Assembly (NCBI GenBank): GCA_965231215.1
Contig: OZ246423.1
Span: 704,001 to 768,000 of the forward strand
DNA length: 64,000 nt
From: Candidatus Altimarinota bacterium
GTDB lineage: Bacteria; Patescibacteriota; Gracilibacteria; UBA4473
Direction: 5' to 3'
Part shown: piece by piece, positions 39,544 to 48,850 of the stretch
Position numbering within the stretch: the first letter of the stretch is position 1
Layout of the letters: every line of letters starts with the position of its first letter
Notes under the pieces: generated by a model
Told to the model about the DNA's origin: nothing
Databases searched by the model: none
What the model saw: the letters and a program-made list of their open reading frames with translations, nothing else
Program-made: the position numbers and the translations under genes

Positions 39544-39579
39544 TTAAACGTTTACGACTACCACAAAAGGCTGTCTCAT
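39544..39579 (-). CDS. valS leader peptide MRQPFVVVVNV
   Basis: ATG AGA CAG CCT TTT GTG GTA GTC GTA AAC GTT TAA; 5 of the last 6 sense codons are Val. Confidence 0.85.
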   Translation of the reverse strand: MRQPFVVVVNV

Positions 39580-39589
39580 TTCACGGGGA

Positions 39590-39618
39590 AATGTACGCTT
39601 GGAGCTTAGTTTTGTCAA
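39590..39618 (-). promoter_or_regulatory. Sigma70 promoter of the valS leader
   Basis: TTGACA-17-TACATT, ending 10 nt before the leader ATG. Confidence 0.8.
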
Positions 39619-39693
39619 ATTTTCAACAAGATTAAATTTGAGTAAAGAGAACTTGCAAAAAAACAAAAATATTCTAAATTAATCGCAAAAATT

Positions 39694-42600
39694 ATGGAAC
39701 CCTTGCGAGAACATACAGATTTTCGATCTATAAATCTATACCAAGTTATGGGTCAGATTTTGACCCCAGAGATGAGGGGATGGGTTGATGAAAACATTGA
39801 AAGGGCCAACCAAACCTTAGAAAAGCTGGTAGCAATCAGCCAAAGCCCAGACACAAAAGAGCATCTAGAATTTGCAGACTTTCAGAAGGTAATGGAAGCG
39901 GATGGGAGACTAGATCCACTCTTCCCTATGTTCTGCCAAGATCCGACACTCATGGCTAGAAATGAGATTGACCCAGAGACAACATTGAAGGTGGTGACTG
40001 ATATGATTGTGGTATACAGGCGTGCTTATCAAGAAGGGCGTAATGAATTAATTATTCCTCCTTCATTTCCGGCCGGATTCCTGTTCAAGGAAAAAAAGAA
40101 GCGATACACAATAAAGGTTTCAGAATTGTTAGATTTACTTTTTGGGAATCCTCTAGGGTGTTTTTATGGTGAAGTTGATCTTTCATTGGCCGATATTGAA
40201 GAGAATGCCACTAAAAAAGTATGGGCCTCAAGAGCCAGTAAACAGAGACCAAAAACTCCCAAAAAACTAACACAAGAGTCTATTGTAATGGATATTAAGG
40301 ATGAAGAATCTACACAAAAGTTTTTAAAGAAACTCATGGAACCAGTTCAGCATCAAGCTATTCGTCGGTTTGGACAGATGAGTGATCAAGAATTTAGAAA
40401 AAACCCTCACTATATTTTTGCTTTGTTAGCGTTCCCTGAATTCTTTCGATCTAAAAAATTTCGAGAAAGCGATATAAAAGAAGCTTTATTGGATACTTTT
40501 AGTTTTCTTATCTGTTTTAATAAATTGGGTTTAGTCGATCTTAGCGAAATTTTTATAGTACCAGAACTAGAATCTTTATGGAGATTTTTCTTTACAAGGC
40601 ATAAAGAGATTTTAGCTGATGAATCCTCAGATCTTCGTTATTTGGTCTTTGAAACCATCTTTGGAGGAAAAGAAACCCTTCCTAATAGCCTAATGAATAT
40701 TTTGACTAAAGCGAATCAGGTAAAGCGATGCTCTCAGAAGGTTCCTAGAAAAGTAAAACGTGCAATAAGAAGGAGCCCTGAAAGGCAACCTGCCTCAACT
40801 GGACAGCCTACAGATGCATGCAAAAAAAGGGAAGCTAAAGTAGCAGAGAATTCAAGGCTATCAGCACCACTTCTTGATGATAAAGAGGACTTAGAGAAAA
40901 AATTTTCTCGTGGTGAATTTGAATTTTCCATTTCCCAAAAACCTGATGAGGCTCAAATTCTGTGGGTTCATACAGGAAGGGGGCCGGAGGAATCTTGGCA
41001 GAAAATTGAGCTCAGACCAGAAGTTCAAAATTATAGTTTTCGTGGGCCAAGTTATAAAAGAAACAAGGAATACACAGTAAAGTTTGCTTATGGTTCAGAT
41101 CAATTTCCAAAAAACCGATCTCAAGAAGTTGCCGAGATTAATTTTACCTATGAACCAACTGAAAAAGTGGCTTCATCACCTACAACCTCAACGCCATCAC
41201 AAGCAGATAATCCACCCCCTTCCGCAGACATTAAATCCGATGATAATGCATCATTGGCTATTAAAGGCCCTCAAAAGCCTCCAGAGGAAACCCTCACAAC
41301 TTGTGCGGAAGGAGAGGCACTAGCGATACTTTTGTATGAAATTCAAAACTTTAATTTGGAAATTGTCCAAGAGTTTGTAACAACCTGTTTTCAAAAAGTC
41401 TACATAAAAGATAGTAGAGCTCTTTTTGAACTAAAAGGGCTAGAAAAATTCTTTAAAAGCAGCTTTCAGCATAAAGACCTAGCGGAAGCTTTAGAAGTAA
41501 GAAATAAATGGGGAGGTAAAACTCTATGTGTGGATTTTGAAGCGAAGACAGTGTGTTTGAGACTCGGAATTGATAAGAATAGAATAATGCTTTCCAGAGA
41601 ACTTTTTTTTGCCTTTTCAGAAATATTAAGAGGGGATCTTTCATTGTTACAACCGTTAGCAAAAAAACAAGAGATCATCGATAAAGAACTTGATGAAATC
41701 CATCGATTCGAACATGAGCGGTCAAAGCTTTTCCGAAAACTAGAAGAAGCTATAATAAATTTTAGGCGCTTTAGTCCAACTCAATGGCAAGGTCATGCTG
41801 CTTCTTATCAGGGGCCTGATACTCGGTTTATTTTAGAGAAAAAAGCCAAAAATTTTCCTTATAACTATCCTCAAATAAAATCCCTTAGAACCGAACTTAA
41901 TTCAGCAGGTATATTGTTTCGATTGGATTCTAATGGTAGTGTGCTGTTTGAACTAAAAATCCCAGATAAAAACGGATCAGCATGTCGTTTTAGGGTTAGT
42001 TTTAGAGAAGATTTTTCTTTTAGTTTAGAAAATGGAACTCGGCCTCTTTCTCCAACCTGGATGGAGGAGGTAAAGAAAATTGGGCGTGGAATCATGGCTT
42101 GTTTGTGTAATCTTATTATAGAGGCTGGAGACCTCCCAGCACACAGACAAGCGGATCGTGAATTAAAAGGTTTAAAGGCAGGTGCACAGAAATATAAAGA
42201 TAACCTTCATTTCCATCAAAAAAGACGGAAAAAAGCTGAAGCAAAAGACAGCGTATCCACGCCTGGGAAACCAAGTTCAAGCAGAGATTTGGTTAGTATT
42301 ATGATCAATAAATATAGGAGAGGTGGTGATTTCAGGGTCCCCGTTTATGATCGCCATACAGGGCAAATGGTTGGTTATAAAATTAGAAAGTTTGAAGCTA
42401 TAGAACCTGATGAGTCAGTGTTATTTCGAGATTTTGCACTTTGCTTTCCAGGGGAGGAGCAGGAAAGAGGCTTAGCGGAAGATGAAATTGAAGTTAAAAA
42501 CTTAAAAAATCCGCACGAAAAAAGGGTTGTTCAGGCACAGATTAAAAGAAAATATGAAGAGATTAGGGAGCGTCTTACGGAGAGAAATAAAAAGTACTTA

Positions 42601-42924
42601 ATTCTTCGAATTAGAGCTACTCATGGAGCCCCAAGCGGTCGGGATAAAGAGCCGATTCGTAACCAGCAGGTTTTAAATATTTTGAATAAGGTTTTAGCTG
42701 AAGCGGGAATAACCCGAAAAGATTTAACTAACAATCATTTGAGAAGTTCAGACTTTTTGGAATTTGCAGTCAATGGAATAAGTTTTGTAGATTACTTTAT
42801 AGACTGTCTAGAAAAAGAAAAAATACCTTTATGGTTTATTTCGGAAATGACTGTTGAGAAGAGTGATTTTGACCAAATACTAGAGGGATTACCAAAAATT
42901 GAAGCACAAATAGCTAGTACTTGA
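39694..42924 (+). CDS. Large orphan protein (1076 aa) with a possible central FnIII/Ig-like module
   Basis: Long ORF, no signal peptide; beta-rich segment W..SWQKIEL..NYSF..EYTVKFAY followed by an S/T/P-rich linker. Confidence 0.7.
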   Translation: MEPLREHTDFRSINLYQVMGQILTPEMRGWVDENIERANQTLEKLVAISQSPDTKEHLEFADFQKVMEADGRLDPLFPMFCQDPTLMARNEIDPETTLKVVTDMIVVYRRAYQEGRNELIIPPSFPAGFLFKEKKKRYTIKVSELLDLLFGNPLGCFYGEVDLSLADIEENATKKVWASRASKQRPKTPKKLTQESIVMDIKDEESTQKFLKKLMEPVQHQAIRRFGQMSDQEFRKNPHYIFALLAFPEFFRSKKFRESDIKEALLDTFSFLICFNKLGLVDLSEIFIVPELESLWRFFFTRHKEILADESSDLRYLVFETIFGGKETLPNSLMNILTKANQVKRCSQKVPRKVKRAIRRSPERQPASTGQPTDACKKREAKVAENSRLSAPLLDDKEDLEKKFSRGEFEFSISQKPDEAQILWVHTGRGPEESWQKIELRPEVQNYSFRGPSYKRNKEYTVKFAYGSDQFPKNRSQEVAEINFTYEPTEKVASSPTTSTPSQADNPPPSADIKSDDNASLAIKGPQKPPEETLTTCAEGEALAILLYEIQNFNLEIVQEFVTTCFQKVYIKDSRALFELKGLEKFFKSSFQHKDLAEALEVRNKWGGKTLCVDFEAKTVCLRLGIDKNRIMLSRELFFAFSEILRGDLSLLQPLAKKQEIIDKELDEIHRFEHERSKLFRKLEEAIINFRRFSPTQWQGHAASYQGPDTRFILEKKAKNFPYNYPQIKSLRTELNSAGILFRLDSNGSVLFELKIPDKNGSACRFRVSFREDFSFSLENGTRPLSPTWMEEVKKIGRGIMACLCNLIIEAGDLPAHRQADRELKGLKAGAQKYKDNLHFHQKRRKKAEAKDSVSTPGKPSSSRDLVSIMINKYRRGGDFRVPVYDRHTGQMVGYKIRKFEAIEPDESVLFRDFALCFPGEEQERGLAEDEIEVKNLKNPHEKRVVQAQIKRKYEEIRERLTERNKKYLILRIRATHGAPSGRDKEPIRNQQVLNILNKVLAEAGITRKDLTNNHLRSSDFLEFAVNGISFVDYFIDCLEKEKIPLWFISEMTVEKSDFDQILEGLPKIEAQIAST

Positions 42925-42955
42925 CTTTGCATAAAAAAATATTAAAAAATTTTTG

Positions 42956-43123
42956 ATGAATGAAAAAGTAGAATCTTCAATAGTAAGTGGGGAAGAGCTT
43001 ATGGAACAACAAATAATCCCTCCAAATTTAGTAGAACTTTTTGTGGATGAGCTAAGAGATCGCGGTTTGCCTATGAACTTCCAAAACGCTTTTACGGTAA
43101 CTCGTAAAATGATTGAGTCTTAA
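42956..43123 (+). CDS. 55-aa ORF, possibly the N-terminal part of a frameshifted gene
   Basis: MNEKVESSIVSGEELMEQQIIPPNLVELFVDELRDRGLPMNFQNAFTVTRKMIES*; below the ORF-track cutoff. Confidence 0.55.
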   Translation: MNEKVESSIVSGEELMEQQIIPPNLVELFVDELRDRGLPMNFQNAFTVTRKMIES

Positions 43124-43125
43124 AG

Positions 43126-43518
43126 ATGGATTTTTTTGAAGCCTCTTATTGCGATAAAAGAGGGTTAATTTTGCCTGATCCAGTTTTTAGAAGTTTTGTT
43201 CAACAGCCAGAGGAAGCTATTTTTTACCGTGCTGAATATTTTGAGTTTAATCAGGTGAGGCTTCCTTGTGGAAAAACTATATTTCTCACAGGAATACTAT
43301 TCCAGAGTGTTGAAATTTTCAGAAAGTTGGTTAGGGATGAGGTCTGGGAAGCCACTGGTGATGAAGAAATAGCCAACTGGGTGTGGACTTTTTCTGAATA
43401 TGTAAAAAAAATAGGATCAAATGGGTTAAAGTTTTTCCCTAATGGAATTCCAAACCGAACGTACAGAGTTCACCCACTTGAGGGGCTTTTACTTTTAGAA
43501 AAACCTACTCAAAAATAA
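43126..43518 (+). CDS. Hypothetical protein
   Basis: 130-aa ORF starting 2 nt after the previous stop. Confidence 0.55.
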   Translation: MDFFEASYCDKRGLILPDPVFRSFVQQPEEAIFYRAEYFEFNQVRLPCGKTIFLTGILFQSVEIFRKLVRDEVWEATGDEEIANWVWTFSEYVKKIGSNGLKFFPNGIPNRTYRVHPLEGLLLLEKPTQK

Positions 43519-43990
43519 TCGTATCCCCAATTTCACCCGGGAACATACCTTGTAGTACTTCTAGCACATACGAAGATTTCCCAGCTGGTTTATAAATTGT
43601 GCACGGCATTTGAGTGCACGGTTCGGCTGCTTGTACATCAACGACTTTTTTGTCTTCAGAAATCCACACCATATCAAGGGGAATGAGCGTATTTTTCATC
43701 CAAAAATTATGTTGATCATTTTCTTGGAAAACAAAAAGCATTCCTTCATCGGCTTTCATAGATTCACGATACATGAGCCCTTGTTCTCGTTCTGCTTGAG
43801 TATCGGCTACCTCCACGTAAAAAGTTTGCCCATTAACCTCTAAGGGTTCAAGGGTGTTTCTGCGGCCTTCTACTTCTGGAATTTCTGCAACTTCTGTAGC
43901 TTCAAAACGATTTGATTTTTCATCGGTTTTGGTGGAAAATTCGCATCCTAAAAGCACAAATGCTAGGATCAAAACGGTGAATTTTTTCAT
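43505..43990 (-). CDS. DUF192 family lipoprotein
   Basis: Lipobox LLGC; VEVADT..GLMYR..GMLFVF..FWMKNTLIPLD..YVLE. Confidence 0.92.
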   Translation of the reverse strand: MKKFTVLILAFVLLGCEFSTKTDEKSNRFEATEVAEIPEVEGRRNTLEPLEVNGQTFYVEVADTQAEREQGLMYRESMKADEGMLFVFQENDQHNFWMKNTLIPLDMVWISEDKKVVDVQAAEPCTQMPCTIYKPAGKSSYVLEVLQGMFPGEIGDTIIFE

Positions 43991-46900
43991 GGATCAAAAA
44001 TTTAAACAAACACTTGATACTTTAAATGTTTCGCAGCGTCAAGCTGTAGAAGCAGTTTATGGTCCAGTGCTTGTTTTGGCTGGACCTGGTACAGGAAAGA
44101 CTCATATGCTTACGACTCGTATTGCTCATATTTTACAGTCTGGAATTGGAGCAGAAGCTCATAATATTCTCTGTCTGACATTTACCGAAAACGCGGCTGT
44201 AGAGATGAGAACGAGGTTGCAAAAGTGGATTGGTCCTCTAGCCTACCAGGTGAAAATATTGACCTTCCATGGTTTTTGTCAGTGGGTAATTGATGACAAC
44301 AGTCAGCTCTTTTATGAGCAGATAGGACATCGAGAAATTGCTGACGATCTTCAAAAAGCTCTAATCTATCGCGAAGCGATTAAGTCTCGAAAGTGGAAAT
44401 ATTTTTCTAGCATTTGGGACGATTTTGTTTATCAGTATGATTTTTTAAAAGCGGTTAGTGATCTAAAACGTGAAAATATTAATCCTGAAAAATTAAGAGA
44501 ATTAATTCCAGAAGAGAAAAAAAGATTGGAGGCTCATCCTGATAATTTTTATAAAAGAAAATTTAAGAACTTTAACCCAGGAGATTGGAAGCCTCAAGCT
44601 CGGGTAAAAATTGATGATAAGCTTGCTCGAATGTACGAGTTAGCTGACCTCTGGGAGGTTTATGAAGGCTTGATGCAGCGACGAGGATTTTATGATTTTG
44701 ATGATTTGATTGCCTGGGTGGTTGAAGCCTTATCTACCAATGAGAGTCTGCGCTTAGATTTGCAAGAGAGATTTCAGTGGATCATGGTTGATGAATATCA
44801 AGATACAAATGATTCACAAAATGCAATACTCTGGGAGTTGGTTGAAGGTGTAGATTTGCCTAATATTTTTGCCGTTGGAGATGCGGATCAGTCAATTTAT
44901 CGTTTTCAGGGAGCGAGTGTGGCGAATGTTCAAGACTTCCGTCAGAAATTTGGAGAGAGAAAGGAAATCACGCTTACAGAGAATTATCGTTCTCACCAGA
45001 ATATTTTAGATGCCGCTTATCATTCGATAGATCACAATCTAGAAAGGGCCAACAAAGAAATGCGGCTTTCAGCCCAAAAAAAAGATTTTGCCACGAGTGA
45101 TCCAGGCACAATCTTTCAGGCAGAACTTGCGAGTCGAGCTTCTGAGATTTCATTTTTGGCTGAAACCATAAAATCTCACTTGGCGGCTGGTGTTTTGCCA
45201 AAGGAAATTGCTATTCTTGTTCGAAAGAATCGAGAAATAGAAGAGCTGGCTGAAGAATTGCCAAAATTTGGAGTACCAGTTAGTGCTCAGGTGTCTCAAA
45301 ATATTTTTGAAAATGAATATGTGAGATATTTGATTTTAATGCTCATGTGTTTTGTAGACGCTGAGGATAGTGAGAGGCTATTTGATTTATTGCACGCTAG
45401 GTTTTTGGATATTGATCCTGAGGTTTTGCTTTTGGTTTCTCTTTCAAGAGAAAGGGAAAGATCAATTATTGAAACATTGTTGCAGAGAGACTTTACAGAT
45501 AAAAAACTCCAGAATTTTTTAAACTTTTTTATTCAAGCACGTCGTGATTTTCATCATTCTAGAGCGGCTATTATCGCTGAGAAGTTGTTATATGAATCTG
45601 GCTTAGCCAAATTTTTAACTGATAAAAATAAGTTAGATGACTGGCAGTCTGTTAAAAAATTTATTGCTTGGATTCGTGAACAGGTTCAATCAGAGAAATT
45701 TCAACAGTCATTTCGTTTTGAGAAAGAGCTTCCAGAAATTCTTAATAGAATCCAACTTCATCAAAATTTAGGTATTAAAATTTTTCCCGATCCTTTACCT
45801 CAAGATACTCATTCTATCCGAATAATGACGGCCCATAAATCGAAAGGACTTGAGTTTGAAGTGGTTCTGATTCCAGGGTTGGAAGATAAAAAATGGGGAA
45901 ATCCTCGAGGAAAAGTAGGTATAGCCTTACCTCAACTGTCCTCTGAAGAATATGATGAAAATGAAGAAGAAAGACGTCTGTTTTTTGTAGCTTTAACTCG
46001 AACCAAATCACAACTCTATCTTTCTTACAGTGTTACAGATTTTTCTGGTCGAGATAAGACGCCTTCAATGTTTTGGCATGAAATTCCAGAAGAAATTTCC
46101 ACAAAAACTGAGGCAGAAGAGCTTGAAATTAAGTTGCAGCATTTATTACCGGTTTTCTTTGAGCAGGCAGAAAAGACGCTTACAAATGGAGAAAAAGCAA
46201 TTTTACAAGAGCGAGTTAAAAATTTTCGTTGGTCGGTCTCAAGCCTACAATCTTATTTGGATTGTCCACGAAAATTTCTTTATCAGAACCTTTATAAATT
46301 TCCGAGGCGACCAATGCCACAAGCTGCTCTTGGAACGGCATTACATCAAGCTTTAGAAAAAAGTTTTTTACAAATTCAGAATAAAAAAAGAGTTTTATTG
46401 GAATCAGTATTGGAAAATTTCGACTATGCTTTAAGAGGACAAAATATACCACAAGAGGATTTTGAGAATTTCCTAAGTCATGGACAAGAGATTTTACAAA
46501 TTTATTACGAACAAGAGCTAACTAATTTTGAAACGACTCATCCTTTTGGTTACGAACTTGAATATGACTTTAGTCGCTTTAATCCGATGATTGATAATAT
46601 ACGAATCACGGGAAAGATGGATAAAATAGTTTTTTTAGATGAAAAGAGATCACGTGTAAAAATTGTAGATTATAAGTCCGGAAGACCTCGTTCTATAGTT
46701 TCTGGAGAGTCTTACTGGAGGCAATTGGTTTTTTATGATTTACTAAATCGCTCTAGTCGTGGTAATGATTGGATTGTTGAGAGTTGTGAAATTGAATTCT
46801 TGACTCCTGATAGTAATGGTAAGCTTGGGAAGAGGGCTTGGGAAGTGTCCCAAGAAGATCGGGAAAAGGTAATTTCAGAATTAAAGTGGGTTCATGAAAA

Positions 46901-46994
46901 AGTGATGAATTTAGAATTTCCTCTAAAAAATCGTGCTGATAGTGATGAGCGTTTATGGGAGGAGATTCAGTACTGGCAAAGTTTTGGACAATGA
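43989..46994 (+). CDS. UvrD/PcrA-type helicase fused to a C-terminal PD-(D/E)XK nuclease
   Basis: AGPGTGKT, VDEYQD, GDADQSIY, TAHKSKGLEF, EERRLFFVALTR; GKMDKI..IVDYKSG..QLVFY. Confidence 0.93.
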   Translation: MDQKFKQTLDTLNVSQRQAVEAVYGPVLVLAGPGTGKTHMLTTRIAHILQSGIGAEAHNILCLTFTENAAVEMRTRLQKWIGPLAYQVKILTFHGFCQWVIDDNSQLFYEQIGHREIADDLQKALIYREAIKSRKWKYFSSIWDDFVYQYDFLKAVSDLKRENINPEKLRELIPEEKKRLEAHPDNFYKRKFKNFNPGDWKPQARVKIDDKLARMYELADLWEVYEGLMQRRGFYDFDDLIAWVVEALSTNESLRLDLQERFQWIMVDEYQDTNDSQNAILWELVEGVDLPNIFAVGDADQSIYRFQGASVANVQDFRQKFGERKEITLTENYRSHQNILDAAYHSIDHNLERANKEMRLSAQKKDFATSDPGTIFQAELASRASEISFLAETIKSHLAAGVLPKEIAILVRKNREIEELAEELPKFGVPVSAQVSQNIFENEYVRYLILMLMCFVDAEDSERLFDLLHARFLDIDPEVLLLVSLSRERERSIIETLLQRDFTDKKLQNFLNFFIQARRDFHHSRAAIIAEKLLYESGLAKFLTDKNKLDDWQSVKKFIAWIREQVQSEKFQQSFRFEKELPEILNRIQLHQNLGIKIFPDPLPQDTHSIRIMTAHKSKGLEFEVVLIPGLEDKKWGNPRGKVGIALPQLSSEEYDENEEERRLFFVALTRTKSQLYLSYSVTDFSGRDKTPSMFWHEIPEEISTKTEAEELEIKLQHLLPVFFEQAEKTLTNGEKAILQERVKNFRWSVSSLQSYLDCPRKFLYQNLYKFPRRPMPQAALGTALHQALEKSFLQIQNKKRVLLESVLENFDYALRGQNIPQEDFENFLSHGQEILQIYYEQELTNFETTHPFGYELEYDFSRFNPMIDNIRITGKMDKIVFLDEKRSRVKIVDYKSGRPRSIVSGESYWRQLVFYDLLNRSSRGNDWIVESCEIEFLTPDSNGKLGKRAWEVSQEDREKVISELKWVHEKVMNLEFPLKNRADSDERLWEEIQYWQSFGQ

Positions 46995-47527
46995 TTTTGG
47001 ATATTTTTTTGCTGATATTTCTTCTTTTTACCTGCTTAGCCTGTTTGTTTTGGTTTTATCTACTGGTATATTTGATGATTTATAAAGTACCACTGGTTTC
47101 TACACAAAAGAAGGTTATTGCAGAAATGGTTAAGCTGGCAAAATTGAAGACAGGCCAAAAAGTTTATGATTTGGGATGTGGGTTCGCGCCAACGCTTTTT
47201 TATGCAGCTAAAATTGGCCCCAAAAATCAGTACATTGGCTATGACGTACTACGTCCAGTGCTGTGGTACAACCAGTTTAAAAATACATTTTTGAACTACC
47301 CGATTGAATTTGTATGTGGTGATTTTTTTATGGCCGACTTAGAAGAGGCTGATGTTATTTTTTGCTACTTGTGGGATACGGTGATGGTTCGCATTTACGA
47401 GGAAAAGTGGGAGTCACTCAAAAAAGGAGCGATCCTTATTTCACATGACTTTTCAATCCCGGCACTGAAGCCCAAAAGTACTAAAAAAGTAGGACGCTCC
47501 AAAATCTATGTGTACCAAAAAAGTTAA
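46991..47527 (+). CDS. Membrane-anchored class I SAM methyltransferase
   Basis: N-terminal TM, YDLGCG, GDFF..ADVIFCYL; ATGA overlap with the helicase stop. Confidence 0.85.
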   Translation: MILDIFLLIFLLFTCLACLFWFYLLVYLMIYKVPLVSTQKKVIAEMVKLAKLKTGQKVYDLGCGFAPTLFYAAKIGPKNQYIGYDVLRPVLWYNQFKNTFLNYPIEFVCGDFFMADLEEADVIFCYLWDTVMVRIYEEKWESLKKGAILISHDFSIPALKPKSTKKVGRSKIYVYQKS

Positions 47528-47529
47528 TT

Positions 47530-48834
47530 CTAAAGCCCCTCTTGAAGGGTCTCCCTTCCAAGAATTTCACGTTCGGCTTGTTCCGGGTTTAGGTCTCCTT
47601 TGATAAGTCTTTTGGTATTGAAAAGTATTGGAAATTGCTGATGAATTTCGTGGTCATTACGATTGACCCAATCCCTAAATTCTAGAGTTTTATTTGGTGT
47701 TTCTTCGAGCACTGTAGCCAACAAGGTGTTAAGAATGGTTTGGGGATTAGTTTCTGGGAAAAATTCTACGAGTTCTTTATAAAATCGAGAAAAAAACCAA
47801 GCCTGAGTATTGCCTTGATAATTTTTTGTCTTACAGATTTTCAAGAAATAGCTAAATATACCCGCAAAAACAAGTTTTACTTGGGGGTCTGTAAGGGGTA
47901 ATTCTTGGTTTACCATATTGCCATCTTTTAGGTCTTGGAGTGTTTTTTGGAAAGTTTTCATTTCTGAAACCTCACAAAAATCGACCGTATTGTGCCAAAA
48001 AGATTCAGAAATTTTCCGACCTTCTACGGTTTTAAAATCTGCTTCTACGGTATCGGGATTTTCACCACTAGCGATTCTTTTCCCAAACTTGAAGTTGCGC
48101 GAACCTGATTCTCCTGGAAAAAATTCAAGACATAGTAAAATGTCTCCAAGCCCTGCAATCCCCCAAAATTCATGCGGATTTTCACGAGGTGGGCATTTGG
48201 CTTTTATAACTGCAAAAACGGCATCAAGAGCCTGTGATAACAATTTTATTTTTATCTCTAGACCTACTTGATCCCAAAACCTCCCAAGCTCTAGTACAAT
48301 CAAGTTTTTTAAAATTCCAGACCACTGAACCACGTTGGGAGATTCAGAGGCATATAATCTGAGCCTAGGGGTGTTTAGGTGCGAGTGTACTATTTCGGCT
48401 ACCGCTTTATTTTGTCCAGCAATAACACTAGCTGTGGGAGAACCAGTTTTTATTTGTACTGCCTTATTTGGGCCTGAGAAAATAAGTACTCGATCTTTTT
48501 CTTCCTGGGTTAGCTGTTGATACAAGTCTTGAGTCTCGACTCCCTTGGAAGTTAGCACAATGATTGAATGCGGATTTTTACGAATATAGTTCAGGGTGTC
48601 TTCTTTGGCCCAACTCGGAATAGCTAAAAATAAAATTTCAGGAGTATTTCTTTCTGGGCTCTCCATAGCGGTGGGTCTGTCGGTGCCAATTACTTGAAAA
48701 TTTTTATCTTTAGATTCTTCAGTTAGTACTTGATAAATAGCGGAACCAAAATCACCTTGAAAGCCAATAATTTCTACCTTTAAGATTTCGCCGTTCTTTG
48801 GATCTGATAATCTGGTTTGAAGGGGGAGATTCAT
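47530..48834 (-). CDS. gpsA: Divergent NAD(P)H glycerol-3-phosphate dehydrogenase with a duplicated C-terminal domain
   Basis: GFQGDFGSA, LAIPS, SKG, SGPNKA, LKN, GIAGLGDI, SRNFKFG, TVEG. Confidence 0.75.
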   Translation of the reverse strand: MNLPLQTRLSDPKNGEILKVEIIGFQGDFGSAIYQVLTEESKDKNFQVIGTDRPTAMESPERNTPEILFLAIPSWAKEDTLNYIRKNPHSIIVLTSKGVETQDLYQQLTQEEKDRVLIFSGPNKAVQIKTGSPTASVIAGQNKAVAEIVHSHLNTPRLRLYASESPNVVQWSGILKNLIVLELGRFWDQVGLEIKIKLLSQALDAVFAVIKAKCPPRENPHEFWGIAGLGDILLCLEFFPGESGSRNFKFGKRIASGENPDTVEADFKTVEGRKISESFWHNTVDFCEVSEMKTFQKTLQDLKDGNMVNQELPLTDPQVKLVFAGIFSYFLKICKTKNYQGNTQAWFFSRFYKELVEFFPETNPQTILNTLLATVLEETPNKTLEFRDWVNRNDHEIHQQFPILFNTKRLIKGDLNPEQAEREILGRETLQEGL

Positions 48835-48850
48835 TTTTGACTCTACTTTA

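Noticed and set aside
39466-39620. T-box riboswitch for valS
   Set aside because: Leader is too short and lacks the GGUGGNACC T-box and stem I; the leader peptide explains it.
43854-43988. 45-aa N-terminal extension of the helicase
   Set aside because: It overlaps DUF192 in antisense; the UvrD-like sequence begins after Met at 43989.
43989-47527. Helicase-nuclease plus methyltransferase as a restriction/defence system
   Set aside because: The MTase is a small membrane-anchored type lacking DPPY/NPPY or PC motifs, and the fusion looks like a housekeeping repair enzyme.
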